Assembly: GCA_029851085.1 (NCBI GenBank)
Contig: CP100318.1
Coordinates: 60,001-92,000 of the forward strand
DNA length: 32,000 bases
Origin: Candidatus Saccharimonadota bacterium
Lineage (GTDB): Bacteria > Bacteroidota > Bacteroidia > Flavobacteriales > Blattabacteriaceae
Direction: 5' to 3'
The position numbers and the translations under genes are program-made. Below the pieces are notes generated by a model. The model worked only from the letters and a program-made list of their open reading frames with translations. It did no database searches and was not told the DNA's origin. This document shows positions 17,843 through 27,663 of this stretch, in pieces. Every line of letters starts with the position of its first letter. Position 1 is the stretch's first letter.

Positions 17843-19429
17843 ATGAAAGAATATACTGAAATAACAGATATAATTAAAGAAAAACTTTTAAAATTTAAAA
17901 GTGAAAATGAACCATTTGAATATGGAATTGTTTTACAAGTAGGAGATGGTATATCTCGTATTTATGGTTTAAATAATGCATTTTATGGTGAATTAATAGA
18001 ATTTAGTAATTCTGGATTAAAAGGAATGGTTTTTAATATTGAAGAAGATTATATAAATGTTGTTATATTTGGATTATCAGAATTTATTAAAGAAGGTGAT
18101 ATTGTTAAACGTATTGGTAAAATGTGTACTATAGAAGTAGGAGAAAAAATTTTAGGTCGTGTAGTTAATACTTTAGGAATTCCTATAGATGGTAAAGGTT
18201 CTATAAAAGGACCATTTATTGAAATGCCTTTAGAACGTAAAGCCCCATGTGTTATTTTTAGACAACCTGTAAATGAACCTTTATATACTGGTATTAAAAT
18301 TATAGATTCAATGATTCCTATTGGATGTGGACAACGTGAATTAATAATTGGAGATCGTAAAACTGGAAAAACTACTGTAGCTATAGATACTATTATTAAT
18401 CAAAAAGTTTCTTATGATAAGGGAGATCCTATATATTGTATATATGTTGCTATTAATCAAAAAGGATCTACTATTTCTAGTATATTAAATATATTAGATA
18501 TTTATGGTGCTTTACCTTATACTGTGATAGTTTCAGCTAATGCTTCTGATGCAACTATTATGCAAGTTTTTGCTCCATTGACTGGAACAGCTATAGGTGA
18601 ATATTTTCGTGATACAGGTCGTAAAGCTTTGATAATATATGATGATCTTTCTAAACATGCAATAGCTTATAGAGAAATTTCTTTATTATTACGTCGTTAT
18701 CCAGGTAGAGAAGCATATCCTGGAGATATATTTTATTTACATTCTCGTTTACTTGAACGATCTGCTAAAATTATAAATAATGATTTAATTGCTTCAAAAA
18801 TGAATAATTTGCCTAAATCTTTAAAAAAATATGTAAAAGGTGGTGGTTCATTAACATCTTTACCTATTATTGAAACTCAATATGGTGATGTATCTTCATA
18901 TATACCTACAAATGTAATTTCAATTACTGATGGTCAAATTTTTTTGGAAAAAGATTTATTTAATTCAGGAATTCGTCCTGCTATAAATGAAAGTTTATCG
19001 GTTTCACGTGTAGGTTCTTCTGCTCAAATAAAATCTATGAAAAAAGTTTCTTCTACATTAAAATTATATCAATCTCAATATAAAGAATTAGAAATTTTTG
19101 CTAAATTAGGTTATGATATGGATAAAAGCACAATTGAGATAATTAATAATGGTAAACGTAATGTAGAAATACTTAAACAAAAAGCTTTTTCTCCATATAA
19201 AATATCTTATCAAATAGCAATTTTATATATTATAACAAAAAATTTATTACAAAAAGTACCTATTAAAGATATTAAATTTTTTGAAGAAGAATATCTTTTA
19301 ATTTTAAAAGAAAAATATTCTAATGTTTTGGAATCTTTAGAAAAAGATATTTTTGATAAAAAAATAACTAATATTTTAGAAATGGTAGCATTAGAATTAA
19401 TTACTAAATATCAAAATATCAATCAATAA
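17843..19429 (+). CDS. atpA: F0F1 ATP synthase subunit alpha
   Basis: 528 aa. Walker A is GDRKTGKTT. Other alpha-subunit motifs: [48 protein letters not shown] and ITDGQIFLE. Confidence 0.95.
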   Translation: MKEYTEITDIIKEKLLKFKSENEPFEYGIVLQVGDGISRIYGLNNAFYGELIEFSNSGLKGMVFNIEEDYINVVIFGLSEFIKEGDIVKRIGKMCTIEVGEKILGRVVNTLGIPIDGKGSIKGPFIEMPLERKAPCVIFRQPVNEPLYTGIKIIDSMIPIGCGQRELIIGDRKTGKTTVAIDTIINQKVSYDKGDPIYCIYVAINQKGSTISSILNILDIYGALPYTVIVSANASDATIMQVFAPLTGTAIGEYFRDTGRKALIIYDDLSKHAIAYREISLLLRRYPGREAYPGDIFYLHSRLLERSAKIINNDLIASKMNNLPKSLKKYVKGGGSLTSLPIIETQYGDVSSYIPTNVISITDGQIFLEKDLFNSGIRPAINESLSVSRVGSSAQIKSMKKVSSTLKLYQSQYKELEIFAKLGYDMDKSTIEIINNGKRNVEILKQKAFSPYKISYQIAILYIITKNLLQKVPIKDIKFFEEEYLLILKEKYSNVLESLEKDIFDKKITNILEMVALELITKYQNINQ

Positions 19430-20226
19430 TGTTAAAAGATATAAAAATAAGAATTAATTCAATTTTATCCATAATTAAAATAACAAATGCAATGAAGTTG
19501 ATAGCAGCTAGTAAATTAAAAAAAGTACAAACTGATATATCAAATATGCAACAATATGAAAAAAATATAAATAAAATTTATGATTCTTTTGAATCAAAGA
19601 AATTTTGTAATTTTTTATATGATAAAAGTTTAAAAAAATTATTAATAGTTATTAGTTCTAATCGTGGTTTTTGTGGTTCATTTAATTCTTCAATAATTAA
19701 AGAAACTTTAAAAATTATTAATACTAATGTTGTTTTATTAACAATAGGAACAAAATGTAAAAATTTTTTTTTGGATAAAAAATTTTTTATATATAAAGAT
19801 TTAAGTAAAATTTTAAATTTAAATTTAAATTTTAAAAATGTATCTATAATTGTTGATAATCTTTTAAAAGAATTTTATGATGGTAATTTTAATTGTATAG
19901 AGTTAATTTATAATAAAAATAAAAAAATAATTAAAAAACAATTTTTACCTATTTGTGAAATAAAAAAAGAATTAAATAATTCATATTCTATTTTTGAACC
20001 ATCATCAAATAAAATTTTGAATTATATAATTACATTAAAATTAAAAATTACTTTTTTAAAAGTATTATTAGAATCTTCAGCTTCTGAACATACAGAACGT
20101 ATGATAGCTATGCATCAAGCTAAAGAAAATGCTTTAAATTTGAAATTTAAATTAGAGTTAATTTATAATAAAGCTAGACAAACAAATATAACTAAAGAAA
20201 TATTGGAAATTATTAGTGGATTATAA
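19429..20226 (+). CDS. atpG: F0F1 ATP synthase subunit gamma
   Basis: 265 aa. The N-terminus is IKIRINSILSIIKITNAMKLIAASKLKK and the C-terminus is ARQTNITKEILEIISG. The start overlaps the atpA stop (TAATG). Confidence 0.88.
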   Translation: MLKDIKIRINSILSIIKITNAMKLIAASKLKKVQTDISNMQQYEKNINKIYDSFESKKFCNFLYDKSLKKLLIVISSNRGFCGSFNSSIIKETLKIINTNVVLLTIGTKCKNFFLDKKFFIYKDLSKILNLNLNFKNVSIIVDNLLKEFYDGNFNCIELIYNKNKKIIKKQFLPICEIKKELNNSYSIFEPSSNKILNYIITLKLKITFLKVLLESSASEHTERMIAMHQAKENALNLKFKLELIYNKARQTNITKEILEIISGL

Positions 20227-20232
20227 ATATAT

Positions 20233-21210
20233 ATGAATAATAATAGAATATTAACAGGTATTCAAAGTACTGGTTTACCTCATTTAGGTAATTTATTAAG
20301 TGTTATTTTACCTACTATAGATTTAGCTAATAAATCTTTAATTCCTATATTTATATCTATTGCAAATTTACATTCATTAACTAATATTAAAAATATTATT
20401 AATAATAAAGATTATATATATAATATATTAGCTACATGGATAGCTTGTGGATTAAATATTAATAAAGCAATTATATATAAACAATCTGATATTCCTGAAG
20501 TAACAGAATTAGCTTGGTATTTAAGTTGTTTTTTTAAATATAAAAGATTAACATTGGTTCATTCATTTAAAGATAAAATTAATACTTTACAAGATATTAA
20601 TGTTGGTTTATTTACATATCCTATGTTAATGGCAGCAGATATATTGCTTTATAATGCCAAAATAATTCCAGTAGGAAAAGATCAATTACAACATATTGAA
20701 ATTACTAGAAAAGTAGCTAGAAATTTTAATAGAATAATGGGAAAAACATTTGTATTACCTATAGCATTAACTAATGTTAAGACAATGTATGTGAAAGGTA
20801 CTGATGGAAAAAAAATGAGTAAATCTAAAAATAATATTATTAATGTTTTTATTTCAAATAAAATTTTAAAAAAACAAATTGAAAATATACATACTGATAA
20901 TAAATCGATTCAATCATCTAAAGATCCCAATACAAATATTATATATTCAATATATAAATTATTAGTATCTGAAAAATTAGCTAATGAAATTAAAAATAAA
21001 TATTTAAATGGTAATTATGGATATTTTGAAGCTAAAAATGATTTATATCAATGTATATTAAATCGTTTTTATAATGAAAGAAAATTATTTAATTCTATTA
21101 TAAATGATAAACTTTATTTAGATAAAATATTAAATAATGGTGCAGAAAAAGCTAGAGAAATTGCACATTTAAATATTTCTAATATTAGAAATATTTTAAG
21201 ATTAAAATAA
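20233..21210 (+). CDS. trpS: tryptophan--tRNA ligase
   Basis: 325 aa class I synthetase. Supporting motifs: GIQSTGLPHLGNLL (HIGH region), GKDQLQHIEITR, and KMSKS. Confidence 0.92.
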   Translation: MNNNRILTGIQSTGLPHLGNLLSVILPTIDLANKSLIPIFISIANLHSLTNIKNIINNKDYIYNILATWIACGLNINKAIIYKQSDIPEVTELAWYLSCFFKYKRLTLVHSFKDKINTLQDINVGLFTYPMLMAADILLYNAKIIPVGKDQLQHIEITRKVARNFNRIMGKTFVLPIALTNVKTMYVKGTDGKKMSKSKNNIINVFISNKILKKQIENIHTDNKSIQSSKDPNTNIIYSIYKLLVSEKLANEIKNKYLNGNYGYFEAKNDLYQCILNRFYNERKLFNSIINDKLYLDKILNNGAEKAREIAHLNISNIRNILRLK

Positions 21211-21212
21211 TC

Positions 21213-22991
21213 TTATTTATTTAAAATTAAATCAACTTTTTCTATTATTTCTGATACAGTAAATGGTGTACCTTGAATTTTATTTAAAGGAATAGCATCA
21301 ATTAAAAATTTATATCTTATTAATTTAATAAGTTGTCCATTATTCAATTCAGGAATTAATATAAATTTAAAATTTGAAAGTATATTTTTAAGCCCTATGG
21401 GAAAAGGATATAAATATTCTAAATGAGAATATGAAACAGAATAATTAAATTTTAATAATTTTGTCATTGCTGTATATATTATATTATATGTAGATCCCCA
21501 ACTTAATATTAAAAGTTTCCCTTTATTTTTACCTATTTCTATTTTTTGTTTAGGAATATAATTAATTATATTATTTATTTTTGAATGTCTTAAATTAACC
21601 ATTTTTTGATGATTAATACCATTATAAGATATTTTTCCTGTTAAATTTTCTTTTTCTAAACTTCCTGTACAATGTTCATATTTAATCATTCCTGGAATAA
21701 TCCAAGGTCTAACTCCTCTTTCATCTCTTTGATATGGATAAAAATTAGTAATATTATTATTTTTATATATTGATTTTAAATTTTTTTCTTTTATAGGATT
21801 CCATAATTGATAACTATTAGCAATATAACTATCACTAAGAATAATTACTGGTGTCATATATTCTATAGCAATTTTAACTGCTTCAAATGCTATTTTAAAA
21901 CAATTATTAGGATATTTTGATGCTAATATTGGAATTGGTGCTTCTCCATGACGTCCATATAATGCTTGCAAAAGATCACTTTGTTCATTTTTTGTAGGTA
22001 ATCCGGTAGATGGTCCAACACGTTGAATATTTATTATAATTAATGGTATTTCAATTATTGCAGCTAATCCTAATGCTTCTTGTTTTAGTGACATTCCAGG
22101 TCCTGAAGTTCCTGTTATTCCTAATGATCCTGCATATGAAGCTCCTATAGCAGATGTAATAGCAGCAATTTCATCTTCTGCTTGAAATATTTTAATATTA
22201 GATTTATATTTAGATAAATAATAAAAAATATTAGAAGCAGGTGTTATTGGATAACAAGCATAAAATATATCAATATTAGCTTTTTTGCTTCCCATAATTA
22301 ATCCTAATGCAATAGCTTGATTTCCATTTATTGTTTTGGATTTAAATATTTTATTATTTGATTTGATTATAAATCTATTAATTATAGAATGATTGTTTTT
22401 TTCTAAAAAAAAACCATTATTTAATGATTCAATATTGAAATTTAATAAATTTTTTTCATTAAATTTTTGAATTAGATATTTTTTAGTATTATTTAAAGTA
22501 TAATTACAAATCCAATATAAAAAACCTAATATATACATATTATTATTATGTATATCTTTAATTTTTAAATTATACTTTTTAAGAAGTTTATACATATTTA
22601 TATATGTATTAACTTTATAAAGTGTAATATTATTATGTTTAATATGATCTAAACAATTTTTAGATTTGAATCCATTATAATCTATAATTAGAATTCCTCC
22701 TTTTTTAACTTTATGTAAATATTTATTAAATGATATGGAATTCATTGCTATTAATATATCACATAATTCGCCATAATCTAAAATATTAGAATTACTAATA
22801 GTAATTTGAAATCCAGAGATTCCTTCAATAGTATCATATGGTATACGTATTTCAGATGGAAAATATGAAAATGTACTAATATAATTACCCATATATGTAG
22901 CCGTATTGGCTAATAAATTTCCCATTAATTGAATACCGTGTCCTGAATTACCTGCTATTATTATATTAATAGTATTTTTTTTAATAACCAT
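21213..22991 (-). CDS. korA: 2-oxoglutarate (2-oxoacid):ferredoxin oxidoreductase subunit alpha, fused gamma-alpha type
   Basis: 592 aa. The N-terminal gamma-like domain has IIIAGNSGHGIQLMG. The alpha-domain motifs are CYPITPAS, EDEIAAITSAIGASYAG, GTSGPGMSLKQEALGLA, INIQRVGPSTGLPT. Confidence 0.8.
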   Translation of the reverse strand: MVIKKNTINIIIAGNSGHGIQLMGNLLANTATYMGNYISTFSYFPSEIRIPYDTIEGISGFQITISNSNILDYGELCDILIAMNSISFNKYLHKVKKGGILIIDYNGFKSKNCLDHIKHNNITLYKVNTYINMYKLLKKYNLKIKDIHNNNMYILGFLYWICNYTLNNTKKYLIQKFNEKNLLNFNIESLNNGFFLEKNNHSIINRFIIKSNNKIFKSKTINGNQAIALGLIMGSKKANIDIFYACYPITPASNIFYYLSKYKSNIKIFQAEDEIAAITSAIGASYAGSLGITGTSGPGMSLKQEALGLAAIIEIPLIIINIQRVGPSTGLPTKNEQSDLLQALYGRHGEAPIPILASKYPNNCFKIAFEAVKIAIEYMTPVIILSDSYIANSYQLWNPIKEKNLKSIYKNNNITNFYPYQRDERGVRPWIIPGMIKYEHCTGSLEKENLTGKISYNGINHQKMVNLRHSKINNIINYIPKQKIEIGKNKGKLLILSWGSTYNIIYTAMTKLLKFNYSVSYSHLEYLYPFPIGLKNILSNFKFILIPELNNGQLIKLIRYKFLIDAIPLNKIQGTPFTVSEIIEKVDLILNK

Positions 22992-22999
22992 TATGATAC

Positions 23000-24025
23000 T
23001 TAATTAGATATTTGTTTAAGTATATTGTTCATTATTAATATAAAATATTTTTTATAAAAATAATTAATATTATTATTTAATATTATTGGATAACCATTGT
23101 CAGATGATTCAGATATTATTTGTAATATTGGAATTTCTCCTAAAAAAGGAATATTAATATTATTAGATAATTTTTTTATACCATTTTTTCCAAATAAATA
23201 ATGTTTTTTTTGATTAGCTAAAAAAAATGACATATTTTCAATTAACCCTAATATAGGGACTTTAATATTATCAATATTAAACATTGCAATTGTTTTTTTA
23301 ACATCAGATATAGAAATTTTTTGAGGTGTACTTACAATAATAACTCCAGTTATTAAAAATTCTTTTATTATTGAAAGGTGAATATCACTAGTACCTGGAG
23401 GTAAATCAATAATTAAAAAATCTAAATATTCCCAATATATATTTTTTATTAATTGATGCAAAATTTTACTAGCCATAGGTCCTCTCCATACTGCTGGTTT
23501 ATTTTGAAGAATAAAATTAAAAGAAAATATTTTAACTCCATAATTAATTATAGGTTTAATATTATTAATACCATTTTTATTGGTTATTGTAGGATAATCA
23601 TTTTCTATATTAAACATAATTGGAATAGAAGGCCCATAAATATCTGCATCTAATATACCGGTTTTAAATCCTTTATCAGATAAATATGCGGATATATTAG
23701 TAGCTATAGTTGATTTACCTACTCCACCTTTACCAGAAGCAATAGCAATAATATTTTTAATATTATTATAACTTGATAATTTTTTAATTTGAAAATTGAA
23801 ATTAATTTCAATTTCATTAGAAATTTTTGTATGTATTATATCAGTAATATTTGAATATATTTTATTTCTTATATGCAAAGCAGGATTTTCTAATGAAATA
23901 AATATTATTATTTTTTTATTATTTAATATTTCAATATTATTTATAATTCCTTTATCTATTATATTAATATTTTCTCCTGGCATAATAACTTCTTTTAAGA
24001 TATTTTTTAAATCATTATTATCCAT
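23000..24025 (-). CDS. apbC: Mrp/ApbC/NBP35-family Fe-S cluster carrier ATPase with an N-terminal DUF59 domain
   Basis: 341 aa with the deviant Walker A ASGKGGVGKSTIATN. Other supporting motifs: DADIYGPS and LIIDLPPGTSD. Confidence 0.88.
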   Translation of the reverse strand: MDNNDLKNILKEVIMPGENINIIDKGIINNIEILNNKKIIIFISLENPALHIRNKIYSNITDIIHTKISNEIEINFNFQIKKLSSYNNIKNIIAIASGKGGVGKSTIATNISAYLSDKGFKTGILDADIYGPSIPIMFNIENDYPTITNKNGINNIKPIINYGVKIFSFNFILQNKPAVWRGPMASKILHQLIKNIYWEYLDFLIIDLPPGTSDIHLSIIKEFLITGVIIVSTPQKISISDVKKTIAMFNIDNIKVPILGLIENMSFFLANQKKHYLFGKNGIKKLSNNINIPFLGEIPILQIISESSDNGYPIILNNNINYFYKKYFILIMNNILKQISN

Positions 24026-24096
24026 TTACTATATAAATTTATTAAATTTATCTATTATGGTAAGATATTTTATATAAATTTATTAAATTTGTTTAA

Positions 24097-24182
24097 GCCC
24101 ATGTGGTGAAATTGGTAAACACGCCATCTTGAGGGGGTGGTATCTTTTATTAGATATGCTGGTTCGAATCCAGTCATGGGTA
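24097..24182 (+). tRNA. tRNA-Leu (anticodon GAG), type II with a long variable arm
   Basis: Hand-folded. Acceptor stem gcccatg/catgggt (G1:U72 wobble); D arm gtg-aaattggtaaa-cac; anticodon stem ccatc/ggtgg with loop tt-GAG-gg; variable arm tatcttttattagata; T arm with ttcgaat loop. Confidence 0.85.
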
Positions 24183-24195
24183 CCTGTAAAAAATA

Positions 24196-24222
24196 GCACA
24201 TATTTATGTGTGCAAATTTTTT
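24196..24222 (+). terminator. Possible intrinsic terminator after tRNA-Leu
   Basis: A 7-bp stem gcacata/tgtgtgc (one G:U pair) with loop ttta, followed by aaa and a T6 run. T runs are very common in this genome, so specificity is low. Confidence 0.25.
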
Positions 24223-24273
24223 AAAAATAATTTTTTTTAATAAAAATTAATTTATAATTAAATTATTTTATTA

Positions 24274-24348
24274 GGCCTCGTAGCTTAATTTGGATAGAGT
24301 ATCTGACTACGGATCAGAAGGTTGGGGGTTCGAATCCCTCCGAGGTCA
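24274..24348 (+). tRNA. tRNA-Arg (anticodon ACG)
   Basis: Hand-folded. Acceptor stem ggcctcg/cgaggtc; anticodon stem tctga/tcaga with loop ct-ACG-ga; T arm ggggg-ttcgaat-ccctc. Confidence 0.9.
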
Positions 24349-24352
24349 CTAA

Positions 24353-25342
24353 TTACCAAGATCCTCCTGCTCCTCCTCCTCCAAAATGTCCTCCTTCTCC
24401 AAAACCTTCAAAATCATCATTATCATCATCATTATCCTCATTATCATCATCATTATCATCATTATTTTCATTATTTTTTTTGTAAAAAAATATATAAGGT
24501 AAAATTGTATTAATTAATACATTATCTGAGTTGTAATAAATAATAATATTAATAATTAATAATAATAATATTAAATAATTGATATTAAAATATTTTTTAT
24601 AAATTTTTTTAAAAAAATTTATATTTGATTTTGATTGAAAATTATATTTATATTTATTTAATATAATTGTAATATTATCAATTAATTTATTTAAAGTTTG
24701 ATAATAATTATTATTATATATAGGAAGAATATTATTAATCATTTTTTTACAAAGAGCATCAGTTAAATATGGTTCTAATCCATATCCTATTTGCATAGAT
24801 ATTTTTTTTCTTTGGGGAATTAATAAAATAATTATTCCATTATCTTTTCCTTTTTTTCCAATTTTCCATTTTTGTCCCCAATTGCTAGCAATCCAATTAT
24901 GATTATCGTTAAATATATTATTAATAATAACAATCAAAATTTCTGAATAAAAATTTTTTTTAATTTGAATTAATTTTTTATTTAAAATTAAAATTTCTTT
25001 TTTTGATAAAATTCCTACATAATCATTTACTGGATATATTTTTTTTGAAGGTGTAGGAATATCATAATAATAATCATTTACTGGATATATTTTTTTTGAA
25101 GGTGTAGGAATATCATAATAATAATCATTTACTGGATATATTTTTTTTGAAGGTGTAGGAATATCATAATAATAATCATTTACTGGATATATTTTTTTTG
25201 AAGGTGTAGGAATATCATAATAATAATCATTTACTGGATATATTTTTTTTGAAGGTGTAGGAATATCAATTGTTTTTGAAGATGTAGAAATAATATTTAA
25301 AAATATAAATATATATAATATATATTTTATATATTTTTTCAT
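24353..25342 (-). CDS. TPM-domain (YgcG-like) membrane protein with a repeat-expanded N-terminal linker and an acidic/Gly-rich C-terminal tail
   Basis: 329 aa. It has a signal/anchor sequence, then five copies of DIPTPSKKIYPVNDY(YY). The TPM-type core follows (VNDYVGILSKKEILILNKKL..EILIVIIN..WGQKWKIGKKGKDNGIIILL..RKKISMQIGYGLE). Next come a TM helix, an N/D tract, and the GGHFGGGGAGGSW tail typical of this family. It lies directly downstream of lemA. Confidence 0.75.
   Translation of the reverse strand: MKKYIKYILYIFIFLNIISTSSKTIDIPTPSKKIYPVNDYYYDIPTPSKKIYPVNDYYYDIPTPSKKIYPVNDYYYDIPTPSKKIYPVNDYYYDIPTPSKKIYPVNDYVGILSKKEILILNKKLIQIKKNFYSEILIVIINNIFNDNHNWIASNWGQKWKIGKKGKDNGIIILLIPQRKKISMQIGYGLEPYLTDALCKKMINNILPIYNNNYYQTLNKLIDNITIILNKYKYNFQSKSNINFFKKIYKKYFNINYLILLLLIINIIIYYNSDNVLINTILPYIFFYKKNNENNDDNDDDNEDNDDDNDDFEGFGEGGHFGGGGAGGSW
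25019..25268 (-). repeat. Perfect in-frame tandem repeat, 51-bp unit x about 4.9 copies
   Basis: The unit aatcatttactggatatattttttttgaaggtgtaggaatatcataataat starts at 25021, 25072, 25123, 25174 and 25225. All copies checked base by base are identical, including the T8 run. Confidence 0.97.
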
Positions 25343-25347
25343 ATTTA

Positions 25348-25929
25348 TTAATTAAAATTAATAATAGGTGAATGTTCTATATTAGAATCTAATTTTAGAT
25401 AACCTTTTTCTTTAAATCTTGGAAATATGTTAGATATTAATAAATTAGGAAATTTATTACGATAAGTATTAAAACGTTTTACTTCTAAATTATAACGATT
25501 ACGTTCTATATTAATACGATTTTCAGTACCTTCTAATTGACTTTGTAATTCAAGAAAATTTTCTGTAGATTTTAATTTAGGATATTTTTCTATTGTTATT
25601 AATAATCTATTAATAGAATTATTTAATAATTTTTGTATTTTTTGAAATTTATTAATGTCTTCTTTATTTAAATTATTAATTACTATAGAATTATTAGATC
25701 TAGCTTTAATAACATCTACAAGTGTATTTTTTTCAAAATTAGTTACACCTTTAATTATATTAATTATCTTAGGAATAAGATCTGAACGACGTTGATAAGA
25801 ATTTTCTACTTGTCCCCATTGATTTTTAACTTTTTCATTGAAAGTTACTAATTTATTATAAATAATTAATATCCAAATGAATATTATACTAATAATAATT
25901 AAGAAATAATGTTTTATTTTAAAATTCAT
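25348..25929 (-). CDS. lemA: LemA family protein
   Basis: 193 aa with an N-terminal TM helix. LemA motifs are present: YNKLV..EKVKNQWGQVENSYQRRSDLIP and LEGTENRINIERNRYN. Confidence 0.85.
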   Translation of the reverse strand: MNFKIKHYFLIIISIIFIWILIIYNKLVTFNEKVKNQWGQVENSYQRRSDLIPKIINIIKGVTNFEKNTLVDVIKARSNNSIVINNLNKEDINKFQKIQKLLNNSINRLLITIEKYPKLKSTENFLELQSQLEGTENRINIERNRYNLEVKRFNTYRNKFPNLLISNIFPRFKEKGYLKLDSNIEHSPIINFN

Positions 25930-25968
25930 TTCAAAAAGATTATAATAAATTATAAAACAAAATACATA

Positions 25969-27600
25969 TTATTTTTGATTATTTATTAATGTAACAGTTC
26001 TATTAAATAATAATTTATTATTTTTATATTCTGTATAAAAATAACCTAAACGTTGAAATTGATAATGAATTCCTATATTTGCATATTTTAAATTAGGTTC
26101 TCCATAACCAATAATTTTTTTTAAAGATTTATTATTTAAATAATTTAAATAATTAATATTTTTAATATGGTCAGGTAATTTATTAAATAATTGTTCATAA
26201 AGACAAACATTTATTTTAATGCAATGTTTAATAGATACCCAATGTAATGTACTTTTAGTTTTACGAAAATTTATACGACTTGTTGAATCATAAATACAAT
26301 GAATTTTAATAATTTTTCCATTATTATCTTTTTTAAAATTAATTGCTTTAATAATATAGGAATTTTTAAGACGTACTTCAGAACCAATAGATAATCTAAA
26401 AAAATTATAAGATGTTTTTTCACGAAAATCTTCACGTTCAATATATAAATATTTTGAAAATGGAACTTTTCGTTTACCATAATTTATATTATGAGGATTA
26501 TTTTCAATTTCAAACCATTCTATTTTATCAATAGGGTAATTATCAATTATTAATTGAATAGGATCTAATACTACCATTACTCTATAAGCAATTTTATTAA
26601 GATCTTTACGTATATTAAATTCTAATAAAGAAATATCAATAATATTTTCACGTTTTGTAATACCTATTGTTTTACAAAAATTATATATTGATTTTGAAGT
26701 ATAACCTCTACTACGTAATCCATTAAGTGTAAGTAAACGAGGATCATCCCAATCATTGATAATTTTTTTTTCTATAAGAAAATTTATTTTTCGTTTACTG
26801 ATAATAGTATTACTAATATTTAATCTAGAAAATTCTAATTGTTTAGGACGTATACTAATATTTTCATCTATTATTTGATCTAAAAACCAATCATAAAGTG
26901 GACGATGATTTTCAAATTCTAATGAACATAATGAATGTGATATTTGTTCAATATAATCTGATTGACCATGTGACCAATCATAAGTAGGATAAAGACATTC
27001 AGTATTATGATGTGATTTTTTTAATATTCTATACATTATAGGATCTCGTAAATTCATATTATTAGATGACATATCAATTTTTGCTCTTAATACACAAGTA
27101 CCTTCTTTAAAAAATCCTTTTTTCATTTTTTCAAAAAGATCAAGATTTTCTTCTATTGAACGATTTCTATATGGACTAGATATACCATTTTCAAATGGTG
27201 TTTTTCTTTGAAAATTAATTATTTCTTGTGATTGATCATCTACATAAGCTTTATTTTTTTTTATAAGTTTTTGAGCAAATTTATATAATTGATCAAAATA
27301 ATTAGAAGTATAATATTCTTTATCCCACATAAAACCTAACCATTGTATATCTTCTTTAATTTTTTCAATAAAATGTTTATCAATTTTCAGTGGATTTGTA
27401 TCATCAAAACGTAAATTAACAGGAACTCCATATTTTATACCTAAACCAAAATTTAAAAAAATTGCTTTAGCATGTCCAATATGTAAATAACCATTAGGTT
27501 CAGGAGGAAAACGAAATTTTAATTTTGATTTTTGTAATCCTTGATTTATATCTTTTTCTATTATTTCTTCAATAAAATTGAAATAATTTTTATAATTCAT
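25969..27600 (-). CDS. glnS: glutamine--tRNA ligase
   Basis: 543 aa. Supporting motifs: RFPPEPNGYLHIGHAKAI, LRFDDTNP, the YPTYDWSHGQSD region, and ISKRK (KMSKS equivalent). Confidence 0.93.
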   Translation of the reverse strand: MNYKNYFNFIEEIIEKDINQGLQKSKLKFRFPPEPNGYLHIGHAKAIFLNFGLGIKYGVPVNLRFDDTNPLKIDKHFIEKIKEDIQWLGFMWDKEYYTSNYFDQLYKFAQKLIKKNKAYVDDQSQEIINFQRKTPFENGISSPYRNRSIEENLDLFEKMKKGFFKEGTCVLRAKIDMSSNNMNLRDPIMYRILKKSHHNTECLYPTYDWSHGQSDYIEQISHSLCSLEFENHRPLYDWFLDQIIDENISIRPKQLEFSRLNISNTIISKRKINFLIEKKIINDWDDPRLLTLNGLRSRGYTSKSIYNFCKTIGITKRENIIDISLLEFNIRKDLNKIAYRVMVVLDPIQLIIDNYPIDKIEWFEIENNPHNINYGKRKVPFSKYLYIEREDFREKTSYNFFRLSIGSEVRLKNSYIIKAINFKKDNNGKIIKIHCIYDSTSRINFRKTKSTLHWVSIKHCIKINVCLYEQLFNKLPDHIKNINYLNYLNNKSLKKIIGYGEPNLKYANIGIHYQFQRLGYFYTEYKNNKLLFNRTVTLINNQK

Positions 27601-27663
27601 ATATATAGTAGTTGTTTTGGTAACAAATAAAAATATATATTTATATGATAATAAATTTATGAT

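Noticed and set aside
15539-20226. ATP synthase operon lacking atpD and atpC as a sign of gene loss
   Set aside because: Separation of atpDC from atpBEFHAG is, to my knowledge, the normal arrangement in Bacteroidota. Their absence from this window is not evidence of loss.
23453-23653. 66-aa ORF on the + strand
   Set aside because: It is antisense to the Mrp/ApbC gene and has no motifs.
23796-24077. 93-aa hydrophobic ORF on the + strand
   Set aside because: It is antisense to the 5' part of Mrp/ApbC. Its hydrophobicity comes from T-rich codons opposite a Lys/Asn/Ile-rich gene.
24322-24513. 63-aa His/Tyr-rich ORF (HHYHHHYPHYHHHYHHY) on the + strand
   Set aside because: It starts inside tRNA-Arg and is the antisense reading of the N/D triplet tract and Gly tail of the TPM protein. 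It is a repeat-driven artefact rather than a metal-binding peptide.
25019-25268. Possible CRISPR array because of regularly spaced identical repeats
   Set aside because: The repeats are directly abutting with no spacers, are in frame within a coding sequence, and no cas genes are nearby. This is a coding tandem repeat.
26271-26480. 69-aa ORF on the - strand within glnS
   Set aside because: It is an off-frame ORF inside a confidently assigned glnS.
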